Shown here piece by piece: positions 59,459 to 64,000 of a stretch of DNA of 64,000 nucleotides. Numbering within the stretch: position 1 is the stretch's first letter; the number at the start of each line of letters is the position of its first letter. Both the position numbers and the translations under genes were made by a program. The notes below the pieces were generated by a model that made no database searches, was not told the DNA's origin, and saw nothing but the letters and a program-made list of their open reading frames with translations. This DNA is from an uncultured Ruminococcus sp. (lineage in GTDB: Bacteria; Bacillota; Clostridia; Oscillospirales; CAG-382): positions 21,722-85,721 of the forward strand of contig CAZJVB010000003.1 in NCBI GenBank assembly GCA_964549435.1, in the 5' to 3' direction.

Positions 59459-60822
59459 AAAACCAAATCGTCTCCGTGCAGATTACAGATATACAGCCGG
59501 ACGGAAACGGTGTCGGCAGGATGGAAAACGGTATGGTTTTGTTTGTTCCGCTGACTGCGCCGGGGGATCTCGCCTCGGTCCGTATCATCAAGGAAAACAG
59601 AACCTATGCAGTCGGACGGCTGGAGGAATTGCTGCTTCCTTCTTCGGAACGACAGGAGCCCGGCTGCCCGGTTTACCGTCGATGCGGGGGCTGTGGATTC
59701 CGTCACCTGAAACCGGAGGCGGAGCAACGGTATAAACGGGCGCTGGTGGAAAATGCATTCCGTAGAATCGGGCATTTGGAGGTATCTGTGGAACCGACCG
59801 TTTCCGTCAACCACGAGCGCTACCGCAATAAAGTGGTCTATCCGCTTTGTATGATAGACGGAAAGCCGACATTCGGTTATTACGCACGTCATTCTCATGC
59901 GGTGGTAGAGCATTCCGATTGCCTGCTGCAGGATCCGCTGTTCTCCCGCATCGCCATGTTTCACGTGAAACAATTGGAGCTTCTGCAGGTGCAGGTACCG
60001 GTTTGGCAGGAAGAGACGCACGCCGGCATTTTGCGGCATCTTGCGATGCGGAAGAATAGGAACGGCAGGTTTTCCGTTTGCTTTGTGGCGGCAAAGGCAT
60101 TTTCGCAGGCGAAACCGATGGCAGAGGAACTGATGCAGGCGTTTCCGGAGGTGGTAGGCGTCGCGTTGAATTTGAATCCCGTGCCGGGAAACGTCATATT
60201 TGGACGGGAAACCTATCGTTTGGCGGGAGATGCCGCCTTGCGGGATCAGCTTTGCGGAAAGTGGTTTTCTCTTTCTCCGACGGCGTTTTATCAGGTCAAT
60301 GCCGACTGTGCAGAGGCATTATACCGGAAAGCGGCGGAGCTGGCTTCCTTGCCGGATGGTGGCGTGCTGTTGGATCTTTATTGCGGCGCGGGAACGATCG
60401 GGCTTTCTATGGTAAGAACCGGGCAAAAGCTTTGCGGCGTGGAGGTTGTGCCGGAGGCGGTTGAGAACGCAAAGAAAAACGCGCTGCAAAATGGCAGAGG
60501 GGAAGCGGACACCCTGTTTATCTGCGGGGATGCCTCGGTCGGCGTACAGCGTTGCAGGGAGGTGTTCGGGAGTCCGGATGTGATCGTCGTAGATCCGCCG
60601 AGAAAAGGACTTTCGCCGGAGGTCATTCGTACGCTTTTGTCTGCCGCGCCGGAGCGGCTCGTCTATATCTCCTGTAATCCTGCGACGCTTGCCGCCAATT
60701 GTGCGATTCTCTGCCGGGAGCTTTACCGGATTACCGCCGCGATTCCGTTTGATATGTTCCCCGGAACCGGACATGTGGAGACGGTAGTCTTGCTATCAAA
60801 CCTTATGTACGGAAGTGAATGA
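59455..60822 (+). CDS. rlmD: 23S rRNA (uracil-1939-C5)-methyltransferase
   Basis: TRAM domain, CPVYRRCGGC, FYQVN, DLYCGAG, VDPPRKG, YISCNPATLA, DMFPGTGHVE. Confidence 0.95.
   Translation: MKNQIVSVQITDIQPDGNGVGRMENGMVLFVPLTAPGDLASVRIIKENRTYAVGRLEELLLPSSERQEPGCPVYRRCGGCGFRHLKPEAEQRYKRALVENAFRRIGHLEVSVEPTVSVNHERYRNKVVYPLCMIDGKPTFGYYARHSHAVVEHSDCLLQDPLFSRIAMFHVKQLELLQVQVPVWQEETHAGILRHLAMRKNRNGRFSVCFVAAKAFSQAKPMAEELMQAFPEVVGVALNLNPVPGNVIFGRETYRLAGDAALRDQLCGKWFSLSPTAFYQVNADCAEALYRKAAELASLPDGGVLLDLYCGAGTIGLSMVRTGQKLCGVEVVPEAVENAKKNALQNGRGEADTLFICGDASVGVQRCREVFGSPDVIVVDPPRKGLSPEVIRTLLSAAPERLVYISCNPATLAANCAILCRELYRITAAIPFDMFPGTGHVETVVLLSNLMYGSE
59957..59972. promoter_or_regulatory. parS centromere-like site inside rlmD
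   Basis: Perfect palindrome TGTTTCACGTGAAACA. Confidence 0.9.
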
Positions 60823-60845
60823 CGTTATACACGAGGGCTAATGAG

Positions 60846-61268
60846 ATGATAACGAAAACGTACTCTGTTGGAGAGTTGAAAAAATATAAATATGTTGTAG
60901 TGCTGTCATACTATAAAGGGAAAATACTTCTTAGTAGGCACAACGATCGTTCAACATGGGAAACTCAAGGCGGTCATGTCGAAGCAAACGAGACTCCTTT
61001 GGAATCTGCGAAGAGAGAACTGTTTGAGGAATCCGGAGCTATAGATTATTCAATTGCACCCGTATGTGATTATTGGTCTGGTACAGAGGATATGTCTCAC
61101 GGTGCAAATGGTATGGTGTTTAAGGCGATTATCAATAAACTTGGTGAAATTCCAGAGAGTGAGATGGCTGAAGTAAGGCTGTTTGACGCTTTGCCGGATA
61201 ATCTGACGTACCCAGCAATCACTCCTGTTTTATTTAATTATTTGGTACAGATGAATGATGAAGTCTAA
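60846..61268 (+). CDS. NUDIX hydrolase
   Basis: GGHVEANETPLESAKRELFEESG Nudix box; alternative start at 60819. Confidence 0.9.
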   Translation: MITKTYSVGELKKYKYVVVLSYYKGKILLSRHNDRSTWETQGGHVEANETPLESAKRELFEESGAIDYSIAPVCDYWSGTEDMSHGANGMVFKAIINKLGEIPESEMAEVRLFDALPDNLTYPAITPVLFNYLVQMNDEV

Positions 61269-61278
61269 TAGTAGAACA

Positions 61279-61380
61279 GTCGATATGTTCCCGCGTACTG
61301 TGGGGGTAGATTTGTTCCCGTGTTGTTTCAACATTCACGGCATCGTCTCGACCCATGTAGAAACGGTTGCCGTGCTTTCC
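61279..61380 (+). repeat. Relic copies of the rlmD 3' end (att-like junction)
   Basis: One frame reads VDMFPRT-VG-VDLFP-CCFNIHGIVS-THVETVAVLS versus rlmD FDMFPGTGHVETVVLLS. Confidence 0.85.
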
Positions 61381-61399
61381 CTCAAAAGGAGATGCTCCA

Positions 61400-62185
61400 A
61401 TGAAGAAAACCTTGTTGAATACAATTCCGAGTGAAATACCGCCGGACATTTGTCGTTTTGTCTCTGCGGCAAATATTTATGATAGTTCCTCCTCTCCCGC
61501 AGCAAAAGTGTATTTTATTGACAAAGAAAATGGGTACTATTTAAAGTGTTCGGGCAAAGGAATGCTCAAAAGAGAATGTAAAATGACAGAGTATTTTTAT
61601 TCTAAGGAGCTTGGCGCAGAAGTATTGCATTACGTCTCAGATGACAGAGATTGGCTTTTAACAACCGCTGTTATCGGCGAGGACTGTGTACACGAAGACT
61701 ATCTTATGAATCCTAAGCGCTTATGCGACGTCGCTGCATATGAATTAAGAAAACTGCACGAAGCAGATTATAGTAACTGCCCGGTTCAGAACAGAACTGA
61801 GGAGTATTTTGCTGAAGCTGAGAAGAATTATTGGACGGGAAATTACGATAAGTCACAGTTTCCTGATCGTTTTGGATACCATTCGGCAAAGGATGCTTAT
61901 GCCGTTCTGACTACAGAGAAAGATGCTCTGCAAAGCAAGGTGCTGCTTCACGGTGACTATTGCCTGCCTAATATTATTCTTAATAACTGGAAGTTATCCG
62001 GGTTCATTGATGTTGGCAACGGGGGTATTGGTGACAGGCATATAGATATTTTTTGGGGGATTTGGTCGCTTGGGTTTAATTTGAAAACAAATAAGTACCG
62101 CGAGCGTTTTCTTGACGCATACGGAAGAGATAAGGCGGACGAGTCAATACTTAAAATCATTGCCGCGGCGGAAGTCTTTGGCTGA
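61400..62185 (+). CDS. Aminoglycoside 3'-phosphotransferase family protein
   Basis: YYLK, LLHGDYCLPNI, GFIDVG.GG.GDRH.D, FLDAYG; AAGGAG RBS. Confidence 0.85.
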   Translation: MKKTLLNTIPSEIPPDICRFVSAANIYDSSSSPAAKVYFIDKENGYYLKCSGKGMLKRECKMTEYFYSKELGAEVLHYVSDDRDWLLTTAVIGEDCVHEDYLMNPKRLCDVAAYELRKLHEADYSNCPVQNRTEEYFAEAEKNYWTGNYDKSQFPDRFGYHSAKDAYAVLTTEKDALQSKVLLHGDYCLPNIILNNWKLSGFIDVGNGGIGDRHIDIFWGIWSLGFNLKTNKYRERFLDAYGRDKADESILKIIAAAEVFG

Positions 62186-62433
62186 ACAAACGCAAGCAGT
62201 TAAAAAGTATCTTGCTGAGTGCGGCGTGGGATGCAGCAATGGTAGTTTCTTCACGGGAATGAACTGACGCGGCAAGAGGACAAGGTTATGGGGGATATAA
62301 CTCCCAAAGAACATCCGCCGAAAAATGACCGGACATTTATGAAAAAGCGATTGAGAACGGTGTCGGAATGCAGCTTAGGGAAGGCTTGTTCCTTTTAGAA
62401 GCGGATTGGTAAGAGTGTGGAAGGAGAATTACT

Positions 62434-63231
62434 ATGGATTTTGGAATACCGACAGTATTGGAAGCCGCTTCTATCGAGAAATGCGCTGCTCTTTGCAATA
62501 GCCTGCAGCTACAGTTTATTGAGTTGAATATGAATCTGCCGGAATATCAGGCAGAACGGATAGAGGTTTCCTATTTTTCGGAAATCGCTCGGGCTTACGG
62601 TATTTACTACACCATTCATCTTGATGAAAACCTGAATCCGTGGGATTTCAATGCGCGCGTGTCGGCAGCATATACCGAAACGGTTTTGCAGACGATCGAG
62701 CTTGCAGAACAATTGTCTGTGCCGGTTTTGAATATGCATTTTCCTTTGGGGGTATATTTCACTTTGCCGGACAGGAAGGCGTATCTATTGGAGGAATATG
62801 CGGAGGAATACAGGCAAAAGCTGCTTGCATTTCGTCATCGCTGTACAGCTGCGATCGGGAATCGGAATCTGCTGCTGTGCATTGAAAATACGCCGTCGTT
62901 CCAGCATGACTTTGTTGCAGAAGGGCTCTCTCTTTTGCTGGAAAGCCGCGTATTTGCCTTGACGTTCGATACGGGACACGACGCGGCAGGCGGTTTTTTG
63001 CAGTTTCCGTTCATTGATCGGAATAGAAACCGTCTGCGGCATATGCATCTTCACGATTACAGCAGGACGCGCAGCGATCATTTGCCGCTTGGCGAAGGGG
63101 AACTGGATATCAGATGGTATTTACAGCTGGCAGAAACCTGTCATTGCCGTGTTTTACTGGAAACCAAAACCGTAGACGGGCTGCAATTATCTGCGCAGCG
63201 GTTGCGAACCTGCTATGGCTATGCCCTGTAA
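62434..63231 (+). CDS. Sugar-phosphate isomerase/epimerase (AP-endonuclease-2 TIM barrel) family
   Basis: IELN, TIH, IEN, FDTGH, HMHLHD, DHLPLGEG, LLE metal-ligand pattern. Confidence 0.8.
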   Translation: MDFGIPTVLEAASIEKCAALCNSLQLQFIELNMNLPEYQAERIEVSYFSEIARAYGIYYTIHLDENLNPWDFNARVSAAYTETVLQTIELAEQLSVPVLNMHFPLGVYFTLPDRKAYLLEEYAEEYRQKLLAFRHRCTAAIGNRNLLLCIENTPSFQHDFVAEGLSLLLESRVFALTFDTGHDAAGGFLQFPFIDRNRNRLRHMHLHDYSRTRSDHLPLGEGELDIRWYLQLAETCHCRVLLETKTVDGLQLSAQRLRTCYGYAL

Positions 63232-63306
63232 GTGGCGAAAAGGGAGCCACCGTGTCGGCGGTATAACCTTGTGAAAGAACTGCCGAAGAATGGGGGATCC
63301 GTTTTC

Positions 63307-63805
63307 GTGTATTATCAGCATGTGCTCGACGGTGTGGTTACGTTGACAAAGCGTTGCTTTAGAGAGCAGCTGACAGGGATCTATTTGCATGGCTCTCTGG
63401 CGATGGGCTGCTTTCAACCGGAGAAAAGCGATATCGATCTGCTTGTAGTGATTGGAAACGAGCTTTCCGATGCGCAGAAGCTGGACTATTATTGATAGCA
63501 TCCTCTGCGATGCGGCGCGGGCAGAGGCAGAGATACTCCGGTCGCCCGTGTACGTCCTTCTGAATCTGTGACGCGTTCTGGCATTTCTGCGGGGTGGCGT
63601 GTGTCTTTCCAAAAAGGAGGGCGGCGTGTGGGGATTAGCGCGCTGCCCAACCGGGTACCGGACCTTACTTTCGGAAGCACTGTCGTGTTATGGGACGGGC
63701 GTGGAGATGTTAATCGAGCCGACGCTCGCCGTGGCATTTGCGAGAGAAATGCTGCATTCGATAGAACAGGAAATAAAAGCAGATGAGCTTTCTTTCTTAT
63801 CATGA
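63307..63805 (+). pseudogene. Aminoglycoside nucleotidyltransferase (ANT/AadA-like, DUF4111) pseudogene
   Basis: GIYLHGSLAMG..SDIDLL N-half stops at 63495; the C-half (DSILCD..YVLLNL*RVLAF..SKKEGG.W) is in another frame with an internal TGA; middle section missing. Confidence 0.8.
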
Positions 63806-64000
63806 AACATACTACCGCGAAAAAATAACCGCATATGAGCAGAAAGCGTTAACCGGAACGGAGCTTTACGAGGCAAAGCAGCTGTTGAAACTGCTGGATG
63901 ATTTTGCAGACGAAGGGTATATGGAGCTGAATGAGCATTTGGAGCGTCGCTTTCAGGGCGTCACCAGATTGAGAAAACTCCTCTTGTCGAACGGGGCAAC
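63783..64000 (+). CDS. Hypothetical protein (runs off the window)
   Basis: Open frame MSFLSYHETYYREKITAYEQK... from ATG 63783 to the window end. Confidence 0.6.
   Translation, partial: MSFLSYHETYYREKITAYEQKALTGTELYEAKQLLKLLDDFADEGYMELNEHLERRFQGVTRLRKLLLSNGA

Larger units (their letters stand above)
60772..64000 (+). mobile_element. Accessory gene array inserted at the rlmD 3' end (continues beyond the window)
   Basis: Visible GC drop just after the HVE codons; recoded rlmD-tail copies at 61279-61380; co-oriented resistance-type cargo; no recombinase seen. Confidence 0.7.

Noticed and set aside
62338-62349. tatgaaaaagcg 12-mer shared with the 56.9-kb repeat
   Set aside because: Short and A-rich, without the flanking stems; likely chance.
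62378-62412. ttgttcc..tagaagcggattg as a third rlmD-like att junction
   Set aside because: The match is short, lacks the GAT and CAT codons, and is better explained as the tail of a gene fragment (GLFLLEADW*).
63568-63570. In-frame TGA as selenocysteine or readthrough in the ANT gene
   Set aside because: The gene is already frameshifted and internally deleted upstream, and no SECIS-like hairpin is evident.

Overview
This is chromosomal DNA from a GC-rich, probably spore-forming Clostridia-class Firmicute, and it spans the replication origin: dnaA-oriC-dnaN-recF-remB-gyrB-gyrA, with a perfect parS about 13 kb downstream inside rlmD. Most of the window is housekeeping (murA, murF, ddl, rnj, nusB, xseA, hslO, gpmI, scpAB, secG, ribF, rnhA, DnaD/DnaC-like genes, murI, rpmH-rnpA-yidD-yidC-jag, mnmA, aroQ, ttcA, nth). 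The strongest unusual signal is at the 3' end of rlmD. An array of co-oriented accessory genes starts there (NUDIX, APH(3')-family kinase, TIM-barrel protein, broken ANT-type nucleotidyltransferase, unknown ORF). The first two genes are visibly AT-richer than the host and are separated by in-frame recoded copies of the rlmD tail (VDMFPRT / VDLFP / THVETVAVLS). That looks like an integron-like gene-cassette capture site, with no recombinase in the window. Other notable features: a tandem ~78-bp two-hairpin repeat between two promoters in front of an orphan, motif-degenerate RnfC/RnfD pair; a D,D-carboxypeptidase homologue lacking all three catalytic motifs; three secreted proteins with the same dockerin type, two of them carrying a subtilase-propeptide-like domain; an oriC with no perfect DnaA box; and the rpmH operon flipped and displaced from dnaA. 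No rRNA, tRNA or CRISPR array was recognised. All calls come from reading motifs by eye; no database search was run.
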